Shown: in pieces, positions 52,259 to 61,865 of the stretch
Layout of the letters: each line of letters begins with the position of its first letter
Position numbering within the stretch: position 1 is the stretch's first letter
Virus record (IMG/VR): IMGVR_UViG_3300043409_002481
Location: 1 to 64,000 of that record
Direction: 5' to 3' (one strand)
Length of the DNA: 64,000 nucleotides
Source: a virus
Program-made: the position numbers and the translations under genes
Notes under the pieces: generated by a model
The model's database searches: none
Told to the model about the DNA's origin: nothing
The model's input: only the letters and a program-made list of their open reading frames with translations

Positions 52259-53707
52259 TTAAGCAGCGATCGCACGATAAGTCACGCGATACACAGTCAC
52301 CGCGTTTGTTGGAGTCACAAGCAGGCGAAGGTTACCGCCATTAATATCGGTGTTAATCGTGGTTAGCGAAGCACCTGTAAAAATGTCGCCATACTGAGTA
52401 TGAGAAGGAGTTGTCCCATCATGAATCATAGGCACAGTAAGCGTGTGATAGCTCGATCCACTAACAATACTAATATCGGCAATAAGAGATCTGTAAAGAG
52501 TTGCAGAAACAGAGAGCAGAACTTGGTCGGCGGTTGTTGCTGCCGTGGTCAGTGTTGCAGATCCTAGTAAAGCTTGAGCTAGTCCAAGGCTGACGGCTGT
52601 AGGAGTATTGAGTACAGGCGATCCTGTGAAGGTTGGAGTACCGCCACTAAAAATTACAGAGCCAGCCGTCCCACTTTCATCGGTCAAAGCCGCCGCTAAG
52701 TTGGCGCTTGAAGGAGTGGCTAGGAAGGTTGCGATGTTAGCGCCTAAGCCAGATACACCTGTACTGATAGGCAGTCCAGTAGCATTTGTGAGAGTTGCGC
52801 TTGATGGCGTTCCTAACGCACCGTTAAAGGTTGTAAATGCACCAGCCGAGCCGATGGCAACAGCCAAGGCAGTAGCAACACCCGTCCCAAGCCCAGATAT
52901 ACCCGTCGATACGGGTAAGCCTGTTGCATTGGTCAAAGTTCCGCCTGATGGAGTGCCAAGAGCGCCACCATTGACAACTACTGATCCAGCCGTGCCAATA
53001 TTGACCGCTAATGCTGTTGCGACACTAGTTCCAAGCCCACTGACCCCTGTGGCTATGGGCAGCCCTGTAGCATTAGTAAGTGTTCCGCTAGATGGAGTAC
53101 CAAGCGCTCCATTAAAAGTGACAAAAGCACCTGCCGAACCAACGTTTACACCAAGGGCTGTAGCTACGCCTGTACCCATCGTAAGTGCAGAAGCTACCCC
53201 AGATGTCAGGTTTAAAAGCCCTGTCCCCGTTGATCTTTTAAGTAGTTTCCCTGACGTATCAGCAAATAATGCAACTTCATCAACTACTGATGTAGCCGTA
53301 TTTGTCGATGCATCACCACCAGCGCCACCAACAAGAGCAGCACCCGATCGCCTTGAGTAGAATAGGCAGCGCCAATTACCCGATCCTTCGGATACAAACA
53401 AGGCTGTATCACCTGCGGCAGTTGTGATGCTCGCGCTAGTTGGCAGGATTAGCGAAGTTGCGTTATAGGTGAGAGTTAATACACCTGTAAAGGTGACGTT
53501 TCTCCATACGCCAGCCGCGCTAGTGCCAAGCCCTGTAATGCTTGTAGTACCTGTAATCTGTACATAGTTACCAAGCGCCGCCCCTATGTCAGTCGTGGTA
53601 GCTGATGCAATATCAGCACCCTTTGCCATATTTACAGCACGGTCAAAAGTACTGGTTAGATCGGCTCTAATCCCTAACGGAAATCTTGTTGCTACTGGTG
53701 TTCCCAT
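52259..53707 (-). CDS. Fibre protein with three 48-aa repeats
   Basis: GTGVATALxVxxGxAG...NGALGTPSSGTLTNATGLP repeats. Confidence 0.8.
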   Translation of the reverse strand: MGTPVATRFPLGIRADLTSTFDRAVNMAKGADIASATTTDIGAALGNYVQITGTTSITGLGTSAAGVWRNVTFTGVLTLTYNATSLILPTSASITTAAGDTALFVSEGSGNWRCLFYSRRSGAALVGGAGGDASTNTATSVVDEVALFADTSGKLLKRSTGTGLLNLTSGVASALTMGTGVATALGVNVGSAGAFVTFNGALGTPSSGTLTNATGLPIATGVSGLGTSVATALAVNIGTAGSVVVNGGALGTPSGGTLTNATGLPVSTGISGLGTGVATALAVAIGSAGAFTTFNGALGTPSSATLTNATGLPISTGVSGLGANIATFLATPSSANLAAALTDESGTAGSVIFSGGTPTFTGSPVLNTPTAVSLGLAQALLGSATLTTAATTADQVLLSVSATLYRSLIADISIVSGSSYHTLTVPMIHDGTTPSHTQYGDIFTGASLTTINTDINGGNLRLLVTPTNAVTVYRVTYRAIAA

Positions 53708-53709
53708 TT

Positions 53710-54339
53710 CTATACCTCCATAGTGGTTCTAAACACTTTTATTTTTGTATTCGCAGAAACTGGCGTAACCAATAACCGCACATTCGCCCCGTTTAATTCA
53801 AATCTAAAAGTAGCTAGATCGCCACTACTTTTGATGTTTGCGTACTGAGTATATGGAGGCGGATCGAGTCCATTATTTGAAACCAAGATTTCTGAAGCAT
53901 GGGTATCGGAGCCTGAAGAAATTTGGATTAAATATTTAGCAGTGCGATACAAAGTTCCATCAAAGCTATCAACTACTTGATCGGCTGTAGTGCTAGAAGT
54001 AGTTAATTGCGCCCCTGTAATCCTTCCTATATTTGGGATTGAGAGGGTAGCAAAATCAATATTAGTAATCGCAAACGAGCCGCTAGAATTACGCTGTACT
54101 AAGGTGTTTGCTGTATTTAAAGCCGAATAAGCAGCCGTGGCTATTTTGGCTAGAGTTACCGATACAGCATTGATCGCCCAATTAGAACCGCCACTAGATA
54201 CCGTAATATCGCCTTTGTTACCATCGGTTACACCACCACCATTAATCTGAACAGGCGCAGTCTGGATTATTAGAGTCGCCTGATTAGGACGCTCAATAAT
54301 CTGTAACAGTGGCTCTGTGACTTTCAGTATTTGCGTCAT
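53710..54339 (-). CDS. Fibre protein sharing its C-terminal domain with 52259..53707
   Basis: TTADQV...TLYR...TQY...NGxNxRLLVTP in both. Confidence 0.7.
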   Translation of the reverse strand: MTQILKVTEPLLQIIERPNQATLIIQTAPVQINGGGVTDGNKGDITVSSGGSNWAINAVSVTLAKIATAAYSALNTANTLVQRNSSGSFAITNIDFATLSIPNIGRITGAQLTTSSTTADQVVDSFDGTLYRTAKYLIQISSGSDTHASEILVSNNGLDPPPYTQYANIKSSGDLATFRFELNGANVRLLVTPVSANTKIKVFRTTMEV

Positions 54340-54701
54340 GGCGACACCACAGGATCAATGACCAAAATCTCTAGCTGAGTTTTAAATGTTGGCACAGGAT
54401 CAGAGATTAAAGATAGAAAGCAATGTCCCACCCATGTACCCGCACTCATAGCTTCGGTTTGAGTGTCGCTAAATTCAAATGTTGCAAGACCATCGTCATA
54501 CCTCGTAATAGTTGGAATCACGATGTTGGTAGAAATCAAAGCAGAGGCGATCGCAAAGTAAATATCGTATAAATCTAAATCCAAATAAACAGGAGCCGCT
54601 AGCGTACCTGTCGCAAAAGTAAATTGATCGCGCCAAGGAAAGCCCTTAAGGATAGGGTTATTCTTAAATTTATTTACGGGTAACGGTTCAGCGCAACTCA
54701 T
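54336..54701 (-). CDS. BppU-like fibre attachment protein
   Basis: Size, QTEAMSAGTW pattern, first gene of fibre cluster. Confidence 0.45.
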   Translation of the reverse strand: MSCAEPLPVNKFKNNPILKGFPWRDQFTFATGTLAAPVYLDLDLYDIYFAIASALISTNIVIPTITRYDDGLATFEFSDTQTEAMSAGTWVGHCFLSLISDPVPTFKTQLEILVIDPVVSP

Positions 54702-54748
54702 TTATTTATTAAAATAGGCGACCTTGCGATCGCCTATTCCATTTAGAT

Positions 54749-54946
54749 TTATTCGGGATCTACAGGGACTGCTAACGTAGTAGCCTTAGCCTTTTTCTTA
54801 GGTGCGATCGCTTCTGGTTCGCCCTCAACAATCGGACTTAAATCAGGCGGTGACGTTAGCCATCCGTCTGCAATCCAGCCTTCAACATCATGGTGATGGA
54901 TTCGTCTTAATTCCCCTGTTTTAGGGTGATAAAGATTCATTTTCAT
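54749..54946 (-). CDS. Small capsid-adjacent protein
   Basis: Directly follows decoration gene; Lys-rich tail. Confidence 0.5.
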   Translation of the reverse strand: MKMNLYHPKTGELRRIHHHDVEGWIADGWLTSPPDLSPIVEGEPEAIAPKKKAKATTLAVPVDPE

Positions 54947-54948
54947 GA

Positions 54949-55395
54949 TTAGCAACCAGATGGAACGAGGTATGCACCAAAAGTGAGGTTTCCTGCTGTG
55001 CTGAGTTTGGTAGCTACAATTCGTAAAAACCTTGCATTAGCAAAAGTTTTATTAATTTGTTCGCCGCTCAAGAATACCTCTTGACCATTGAGAGCCGCGC
55101 CAGCCGCTACAGTAGGAGCGATAGAGGCGACTTGACGATAAGTACCGCCAACAGTGTCGCAAACTTCAAGAGATAAAGTCCAGCTAACCGATCCAGCCGA
55201 ATAGCTAGAGTAAGCAGCCTGATTGATGATCACTTTTACCGATTCTTCAGCAGTAAAAGGATATTCAATGGGAGTACCTGTGAAAGTTGAACTAGCAGCA
55301 GCAGCCGTGTAATCGCGCAAAGTAGTAAGAGCGTCAATCTGCGACGTATTCGCAGGACGTGGCAATGTAGATTTGAAAGCGCCTGAGTAGACCAT
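54949..55395 (-). CDS. Head decoration/cement protein
   Basis: Directly downstream of capsid; beta-rich, RFLRIV...LTFGAYLV; likely start MVYSG. Confidence 0.6.
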   Translation of the reverse strand: MVYSGAFKSTLPRPANTSQIDALTTLRDYTAAAASSTFTGTPIEYPFTAEESVKVIINQAAYSSYSAGSVSWTLSLEVCDTVGGTYRQVASIAPTVAAGAALNGQEVFLSGEQINKTFANARFLRIVATKLSTAGNLTFGAYLVPSGC

Positions 55396-55464
55396 AATTT
55401 TCTCTTTAATTGGGTTGAAAGCATTGCAAAATATCAATTACGGGAAATCCCATAATTGATATTT

Positions 55465-56418
55465 TTAAGCGACAAAAGCAGCGTCCTTTACACCAGCAAG
55501 GCGAACAAAGGAGCGAGGGTTGTAGGTTGCGAAATTATTGAGCCAATCCATGCGAATCAAGCGCTTGGTTTCGGTTTGCATCTCACCCATGTCGCGCACA
55601 TCGATACCGCCTGTTTGGATACCTGTAAGATCTTCAGGGCTAAACGCAACGACGTAGATCGAAGAGGTTACAGCCGATCCGCCACCGCTTCCAGTTTCTG
55701 CAAAGCCAAGGATTTGATCGCCTTCAGCGTCTTCTTCAATTGCGTACCAAGGAATACCCTTAAATGTAGGAGCTTCTACGCCTACGTCATTTTTGGTCTG
55801 CACAACATAACCAGAAATCGAAGGGTTAGAGATTGCATCTTGGTAGCGCAAAGCCAACTCTAGATTAGAGTAGATACGAAGTTGAGCGCGAGGATTAACA
55901 GGACGTACCTTAGCGATCGCACGACGTAAAGAGCTGAGAGATAAAGCGTCACCGCCTGAAGTACTGCCAGCTTGGATTAGTTGAGTACCGCCTGCACGGG
56001 TTTTAAGCCCTGAAAATTCTTTGGGGTTAGCAGCATGATCGCCATTAAAGAAATCACCATGCCATTTCAATTGCAACGACTTGAGAGCCATCGAAATTTG
56101 AGTGGTCAAGACGTTTTCGCCATACAGCTTTAAGCCAGCCGTATCGATCTTGATTTCGCCACCAGCGATAACCACTTTCTCGATCCGTCTTTCAACTTCA
56201 CCGATATCTGCTGTAAAACCTTCATTGATGGAGCGGTTAGCCATTACAGGAAGTCGCTTTTCTTGTAACCACTCAACGACACCGCCCGCACGTTCTTCAA
56301 ACGTAATTACGTCAAGGATCGGAGAATTACCCGCATACTGCTCGACAATACCAGCCTTTAAGATGTCACCCATCTCACGGGCTTGTTTCGCCATTTCTAA
56401 TAGTGTTAAAGCTGCCAT
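55465..56418 (-). CDS. Major capsid protein
   Basis: 317 aa; ALTLLEMAK, RSINEG, FFNGD..NPKEFSGLKTR, RLAGV; phage/encapsulin-like HK97 pattern. Confidence 0.9.
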   Translation of the reverse strand: MAALTLLEMAKQAREMGDILKAGIVEQYAGNSPILDVITFEERAGGVVEWLQEKRLPVMANRSINEGFTADIGEVERRIEKVVIAGGEIKIDTAGLKLYGENVLTTQISMALKSLQLKWHGDFFNGDHAANPKEFSGLKTRAGGTQLIQAGSTSGGDALSLSSLRRAIAKVRPVNPRAQLRIYSNLELALRYQDAISNPSISGYVVQTKNDVGVEAPTFKGIPWYAIEEDAEGDQILGFAETGSGGGSAVTSSIYVVAFSPEDLTGIQTGGIDVRDMGEMQTETKRLIRMDWLNNFATYNPRSFVRLAGVKDAAFVA

Positions 56419-56586
56419 ATTTATGATTCCTAACTTTGAGTGCTTTGCTGTGTAGCGGGGGCATCACGCTCAAAGGTAGAAATCACTTCTAATCTTTTCC
56501 GCAATCTTTTATTAATTAGGGCATCACGCCCCATTAACTTGGATTAACCTGATAATATCATATTAATAATTAATGTTGCAAAAGCC

Positions 56587-56949
56587 GTGAAAGTTTTTAT
56601 CGGATGGACAAAAAGCAAAGAAGCGATCGCTACTCATAAATACCCTGAGTCTGGTTTACATCCCAAAGAATTTATTGAATGGGCTTTAACTACGCAGTTT
56701 AGCGAAACAGATCTCATCCTCACCAATTGCCCATCGCTTTTGTTTGCTTTAGCTATAAGGTTTACAGATTCGCTAGAAGCATTTTATGTTTTTGATGATG
56801 GCAACGTACTGCAATTATTGATAGACGATGAAGGCTACTTCATCGAGAATCGCCCCGAAAACTGGGGGGATGAGATACATCAATTAGCATCAGGATCTTA
56901 TGGTGATTTCAAGGAATTTTTTAAATCTGGTACTAGGGAGTTGATCTAA
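56587..56949 (+). CDS. Degenerate C-terminal fragment of an ABC/AAA_21-type ATPase (DUF3696-like tail)
   Basis: YPESGLHP, LILTNCPSLL, LLIDDEGYFIENRPENW; no Walker A. Confidence 0.55.
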   Translation: MKVFIGWTKSKEAIATHKYPESGLHPKEFIEWALTTQFSETDLILTNCPSLLFALAIRFTDSLEAFYVFDDGNVLQLLIDDEGYFIENRPENWGDEIHQLASGSYGDFKEFFKSGTRELI

Positions 56950-58572
56950 ATGGCAACAACAGAAACTTTAATCACGCTACAGCCAAATCAATTGCCAGAG
57001 GCGATCGCTAAAGGCTATCGTGGCGGTAATATCCTTGGCGATGACAACAACCCAACATTAAAGAGCATTGCTTATCAAAGACAGCAAGCTAATGTAAGGC
57101 GTTGTATCGATTTCTACGAAGGTCAAAGCGCTTGGATCTATGGCGAAAACCTCGATCAGATTATTGATAATTTGGCAGAAGAGTATCTACCCCTTATGCC
57201 AAGCGAAACACCGAAAGAGTGGTATTTCAGATTAAGGCGATCGCTATTCGTTAACTTCTTTAAACCAGCCGTCAAGATTGTATCTAGCTTGCTAAGTAAA
57301 TGGGTGCTTAGTGGCAATGTACCTGAATCGGTTGTCAATGCATCTAAGAACTTTGACAAGCGCGGCACATCAATTAGAGCATTCTTTCTTGAAGCCGATC
57401 GCATGGCTGTACGTGATGGCTTTGTGGGAGTGCTTACCCTCTATCCTAATTTTGGCGAAATTCCTAATCGAGCCGTAGAACAACAATTGGATTTACGCCC
57501 CTACTCAGTACTAATTCCCCGCCTTGATATTGATATCAAGGATTACGAATACACTAATGACGGATCAGTATTGCTTAAGCATGTGACCATTGATCGTAGT
57601 GAGGTGATTAGCGAAACCCGTTACAAGCAATCGATGAAAAATTATTGCTGGGAATACGAGCTAATCAAGGTACAGGAAGAAGATCGTATTTATTATGCGG
57701 TCATGCGATCGGTAACTTGCATCGAAACTAACGACAAAGGCGAAAAGGAATATATAGAGGTGGAAGCACCCAAACCATTGCTAGACACCAATGGTAAGCC
57801 ATTGAGTCAAATCCCCTTTGTTCTTTACTCAGTAACCAGCGCTAACCCTTGGGATACGATACCGCCGTTGCTTGATTTGCAGCAAAAAAATCATACTTAT
57901 TACCAAGTATCTAGTGATTGGCTTGCAACGGTTCGCAAGATGCAACCCACGGCTGTACGTGAGCATATTGATTTTATTCCTAAAACCTTGTCACCTCTAT
58001 CCACAGGCGGCGCGTCTGTTATCGAGACGGTGATAACTCAGATTGGAGCTGCTAAGGTTTACTATTTGCAAGCTGATGCCAATAGTGTCGCGCCTATGAT
58101 TCAAGCGCTAGACCGATTAGAGGCATTGATTAAGCAGACTGTTTTCAACTTTTTAGGCGAGTCATTTGTCCAACAATCTGCTACTGAGGTAAGCATCAAA
58201 GCAGGGCAAAATGAAGCTGGTTTACAAGAGTATGAGGTCAATAAAGAGTCATTCTCTCAGCAAATTTTCTGTCATTGGGCTATGTGGGAAGGTGAAGACG
58301 TAACCGAGGATCGCGGTACAATTGACGTAGATTTGAGCTTTATTCTTGCCCCTGCGGATGTGAATCTGATTCGCACTATATTTGAGGTGATCAATAAAGG
58401 ACTAACAGAAGAAGCAGCTACCGAGATTTTACACAGGATTAACTTCCTACCAAAAGATCAGAAGATTGTGGCGATCGCTTCACCTGTTGAGATGGTTGCT
58501 AATACTAATCAAAGCCAATCGATAGAGACTGAAGAAGATGATAATGATGACGAATCGGAGTCGGAATCATGA
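56950..58572 (+). CDS. Portal protein (DUF4055-like)
   Basis: EYLP...E..KEWYFRLRRSLFVNFF, IPFV, PPLLDL, SATE; 540 aa with acidic tail. Confidence 0.85.
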   Translation: MATTETLITLQPNQLPEAIAKGYRGGNILGDDNNPTLKSIAYQRQQANVRRCIDFYEGQSAWIYGENLDQIIDNLAEEYLPLMPSETPKEWYFRLRRSLFVNFFKPAVKIVSSLLSKWVLSGNVPESVVNASKNFDKRGTSIRAFFLEADRMAVRDGFVGVLTLYPNFGEIPNRAVEQQLDLRPYSVLIPRLDIDIKDYEYTNDGSVLLKHVTIDRSEVISETRYKQSMKNYCWEYELIKVQEEDRIYYAVMRSVTCIETNDKGEKEYIEVEAPKPLLDTNGKPLSQIPFVLYSVTSANPWDTIPPLLDLQQKNHTYYQVSSDWLATVRKMQPTAVREHIDFIPKTLSPLSTGGASVIETVITQIGAAKVYYLQADANSVAPMIQALDRLEALIKQTVFNFLGESFVQQSATEVSIKAGQNEAGLQEYEVNKESFSQQIFCHWAMWEGEDVTEDRGTIDVDLSFILAPADVNLIRTIFEVINKGLTEEAATEILHRINFLPKDQKIVAIASPVEMVANTNQSQSIETEEDDNDDESESES

Positions 58573-58720
58573 GTATCAACGAATCAATAAATCATCAGCT
58601 AATTATTAAAAATGGTTGCGAGTATTTCAAAAACTCACAGCCAGTTACTGATCGCAATCATTTTACTGGTTACATGGTTCGATATTCCCCATCTACTTAT
58701 TTGCCATCAAGGAAACCGTT

Positions 58721-59092
58721 ATGACACAAACATGGACAGACAACGATCGCGATCGCATCGTGAAATATCTCAATCTCACACGCGATTACTACGCATTGAT
58801 TGAAAGTACACTTACAACCTATGAAACCACATATGGGGTAAGTGCTATAACTGAGGTACAATCAAAGCTTGATGAACTTGACGCATACAAAACTACTATT
58901 GATGGTCAGATGACCGATGGGAGTATTGGAGTAACATCAGTAGCTGTGACAGGATTTCACAGCTACTCACAAACAGGAGGCTCTAACATTAGAGCTACAA
59001 TGACTTTGTATAAAGGCGATCAGCAATGGCTTATCGACAATTTGCAACTACAGAATTATGCGAGTCTATCAGGTAAACATACTAGAGCTTAA
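58721..59092 (+). CDS. Putative head-tail adaptor
   Basis: Helical 123 aa between portal and scaffold. Confidence 0.5.
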   Translation: MTQTWTDNDRDRIVKYLNLTRDYYALIESTLTTYETTYGVSAITEVQSKLDELDAYKTTIDGQMTDGSIGVTSVAVTGFHSYSQTGGSNIRATMTLYKGDQQWLIDNLQLQNYASLSGKHTRA

Positions 59093-59094
59093 AT

Positions 59095-59841
59095 ATGCGA
59101 TTTAAATATAGAAATTATTTCTGCCAGAACGAAGCAACAGACGGAGATGTGATTGATGTAGATGCATCTAGCGGCGCAACAGATGAGGTGAAACCAGAAC
59201 CAGAAGAAAATGAAACAGTAAAAATCACGCTCAAAAAACTGAGATTGCAAGCCGAAGCAGCAGAGAAAAGAGCGAAACAAGCTGAGGCTCAACTCAAGGA
59301 AAGGGAGCGCTTAGATGAAGAAGAACGCGCAAAACGGACAGGCGATTTCGAGACCTTAAAAGAGCGTTTACTGACCGAAACAGCAGCTAAGGAAACAGCA
59401 GCTAAGAAGCGTGAAGAAGAAGCTTTAGCAAGGCTAGAAGAGAAAGACGCAAAGGTTAAGCAGCAATTTATCAAAAAGGAAATCAAAGCCGCCTTTGCTC
59501 AGGTCTTTAAATCTGAATTTCTTGACGATCTAACCAACAATCCAGCTTACGCTAAGCAGTTGGAAGCGATCGAGAATGAAGATGGTGAGTACGAGGTAAT
59601 TGTGGTTGAGTCCGTCAAAGATCGCACTCAGCGATTCAAGGTAGTGGACAAAAAGACTGTCCCCTTCACGATTGAAGATTGGGCTAACGAGATTGCAGCT
59701 AAAAAGCCGTCGGCAGCAAAGCCACTTAATCGCGCTAGTGGTGACAATATCCCTAATGGCAGTGGCAAACGTCAAACGAGTGATTTTAATCGCACCGCAG
59801 ATCCGATGGACTTGGTGAAGAAGGGTTTAGGACTCAGCTAA
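59095..59841 (+). CDS. Capsid scaffolding protein
   Basis: Acidic N-terminus, charged coiled coil, Gly-containing tail ending KKGL. Confidence 0.75.
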   Translation: MRFKYRNYFCQNEATDGDVIDVDASSGATDEVKPEPEENETVKITLKKLRLQAEAAEKRAKQAEAQLKERERLDEEERAKRTGDFETLKERLLTETAAKETAAKKREEEALARLEEKDAKVKQQFIKKEIKAAFAQVFKSEFLDDLTNNPAYAKQLEAIENEDGEYEVIVVESVKDRTQRFKVVDKKTVPFTIEDWANEIAAKKPSAAKPLNRASGDNIPNGSGKRQTSDFNRTADPMDLVKKGLGLS

Positions 59842-59855
59842 TTAGCTAACAAAAT

Positions 59856-59893
59856 CAACAAAAAAGCGCTGTAGTTATGGCGCTTTTTTGTTG
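59856..59893. terminator. Bidirectional terminator between scaffold and terminase
   Basis: CAACAAAAAAGCGC...GCGCTTTTTTGTTG. Confidence 0.85.
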
Positions 59894-59895
59894 CG

Positions 59896-61347
59896 TTACA
59901 TAGCTCTACTACTGCCAAAGCTTGATTGACGATTAACAGGAGGCATAGATGCGATCGCATATCGCAAACAGTCGATACCATGTGTCACTTGGTTATCCGC
60001 CTCCTCCTCAGTGATGTTGCCATATTTATCCTTTTTGCGGTGATACGATTGGCACTCTTCAAAAAACTGAGGCAATGTGTCCACAATCTTGATTCGTTCG
60101 TGGTAAAAATCACTGCTCATTAAGTCAATGCCCTTGATAAAATCATTTACCGCGCCCCTGACTTCTGAGCAGTAATTCTTAAATGGCTCTTTAAATATTT
60201 GACCCTCTTTCGGTTTCCATACTCGCAATGATTTGATTGCATCTGGTCTAGATGGGTCACCAAAGGCTCTGTTAACTTGCCACTTCATTGCTAATTTATG
60301 GCACTCGTACAAAAAGTCATCTTCTAATATAGCCTGACCTTGCATTGTCCTAGGTACACGCCACTCATCAACTACAAACCAATGATAAAAGCCATCTTTG
60401 ATAAAGGCGCAAACCACTAAAGCCCTTGGATTTACCGCGCCCCAATCCACTGACAATATGCGATATGCAAACTCATTAGGTAAGTCGCGATCGCTGATGA
60501 TATGCCTAGCGCTTAGCGTCTCAAAGAATTGCCCCTCAAACATCTCAAAAGATGCTTCCATTTCTTGACGGAATAGCCTTGGTGACAAGCTTTGTCTAAG
60601 CAACTCAATGTCTTCTGGCTTGAGGTGTGGATTGTCTACGCTTTTAAATTTAAAAGCTTGCCATACCATCGGATCGGCTATGAGTGCATTTTCGTAAGCA
60701 TCATAGGTATGATTACTTTTACCTTTAGGTGTATAAGTGAATAGCGCTGTACTGCCTTGCGTATCAGATAATGCTGGCTGAATAATTTCAGGGAAAATAC
60801 TAGCTTTCCAGTCTTGCCACTCATCACCGCCAAAATGCCATAGGCGCAAACCACGAGCGCGATCGCCATCACCATCATTCAAACCCATAATCATGAGATC
60901 GGGCATATAGAACTTATACGGATCGGGGTTCTTAAAGGTAATCGTAAACTCTGATTTACTAACATTCTCGACAGCTTTGTGATTGCGTAGGATGTTTTGC
61001 AACTGCTTCCATAGCAGTCGCCTAGCCATAACCAAGGTAGGAGCAGCTAACACTACTACAGGCGGCGACACTGGATTGTATGGCGCACCAATCGCAACGC
61101 GCTCTAGGGCTTTGTATATCTGCAATACAGTTTTACCAAAACGCCGCCCTGACACTGCGATCGTGTATTTGGCGTGGCTATTGGCTATCGTTTGCTGTAA
61201 TGGATGTAACTGTATCTTCTGCTGTTGCGAGTATGTCTGAGAACGGGTTTGTTTCTGAGCTATCTGAGTCTCTACCTTTTCCCAAGCTCTTTCCATCCGA
61301 GCCTGTGTCGCTGGTAAGAGTTCTAGGATCGGTGAGAAGGTAGCCAA
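59896..61347 (-). CDS. terL: Terminase large subunit
   Basis: SGRRFGKT Walker A, RGLR..GGDE Walker B, TPKG, VDWG and HGIDCLRY nuclease motifs. Confidence 0.95.
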   Translation of the reverse strand: MATFSPILELLPATQARMERAWEKVETQIAQKQTRSQTYSQQQKIQLHPLQQTIANSHAKYTIAVSGRRFGKTVLQIYKALERVAIGAPYNPVSPPVVVLAAPTLVMARRLLWKQLQNILRNHKAVENVSKSEFTITFKNPDPYKFYMPDLMIMGLNDGDGDRARGLRLWHFGGDEWQDWKASIFPEIIQPALSDTQGSTALFTYTPKGKSNHTYDAYENALIADPMVWQAFKFKSVDNPHLKPEDIELLRQSLSPRLFRQEMEASFEMFEGQFFETLSARHIISDRDLPNEFAYRILSVDWGAVNPRALVVCAFIKDGFYHWFVVDEWRVPRTMQGQAILEDDFLYECHKLAMKWQVNRAFGDPSRPDAIKSLRVWKPKEGQIFKEPFKNYCSEVRGAVNDFIKGIDLMSSDFYHERIKIVDTLPQFFEECQSYHRKKDKYGNITEEEADNQVTHGIDCLRYAIASMPPVNRQSSFGSSRAM

Positions 61348-61789
61348 GTTTTAATGCCTCATTTACGATTTTGTCTGGCGACCATGTATCAAGGTCTAAT
61401 GCTGTCCGTCCGATGCGTTGGATAGTGGATAGAGAGCCAGATAACAGGCTTATATCCTTTGTTGCTAACAGTGTTTTATTAACCTTAGCTTCATTCAAAT
61501 GTCCAATTATCTGCCCTTGTAATGCCCTCGCAACAGTCAAGATATCAGCATCAAACTTAGTTTGCTCCCCTGCTAGGCTTGATACTTTTTCTTGCTTTGA
61601 CTCTTGAGATACACGCCTCAAGAATATCTTAGATTGCTCTACCCATTTGTCTTTTGACGATCTTTGCTGAATATAATTAAGGCTCATCCCATACTTTGTA
61701 GCTAAACTTTGCAAAGATGGGCGTGTATCATCGCTAGGGGCTTCTATATACTCCTTACTAATTTTATCCCAATCATGTTTTGATGCCAT
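61178..61789 (-). CDS. terS: Terminase small subunit
   Basis: DWDKISKEY...SLQSLATKYGMS...KDKW HTH, directly upstream of terL. Confidence 0.8.
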   Translation of the reverse strand: MASKHDWDKISKEYIEAPSDDTRPSLQSLATKYGMSLNYIQQRSSKDKWVEQSKIFLRRVSQESKQEKVSSLAGEQTKFDADILTVARALQGQIIGHLNEAKVNKTLLATKDISLLSGSLSTIQRIGRTALDLDTWSPDKIVNEALKLGYLLTDPRTLTSDTGSDGKSLGKGRDSDSSETNPFSDILATAEDTVTSITANDSQ

Positions 61790-61865
61790 ATCAAGTACTT
61801 GACATTAAACCTTATATTATTTTATCAGCTAGCTTATATTAGCTAATCTAACTAATTTACTGCGA

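Noticed and set aside
52608-53360. 250-aa plus-strand ORF opposite the repeat fibre
   Set aside because: Antisense shadow of Gly/Ala/Thr repeats
47992-54339. Diversity-generating retroelement or invertible fibre switch
   Set aside because: No reverse transcriptase, invertase or near-identical TR/VR pair; fibre repeats differ at synonymous sites
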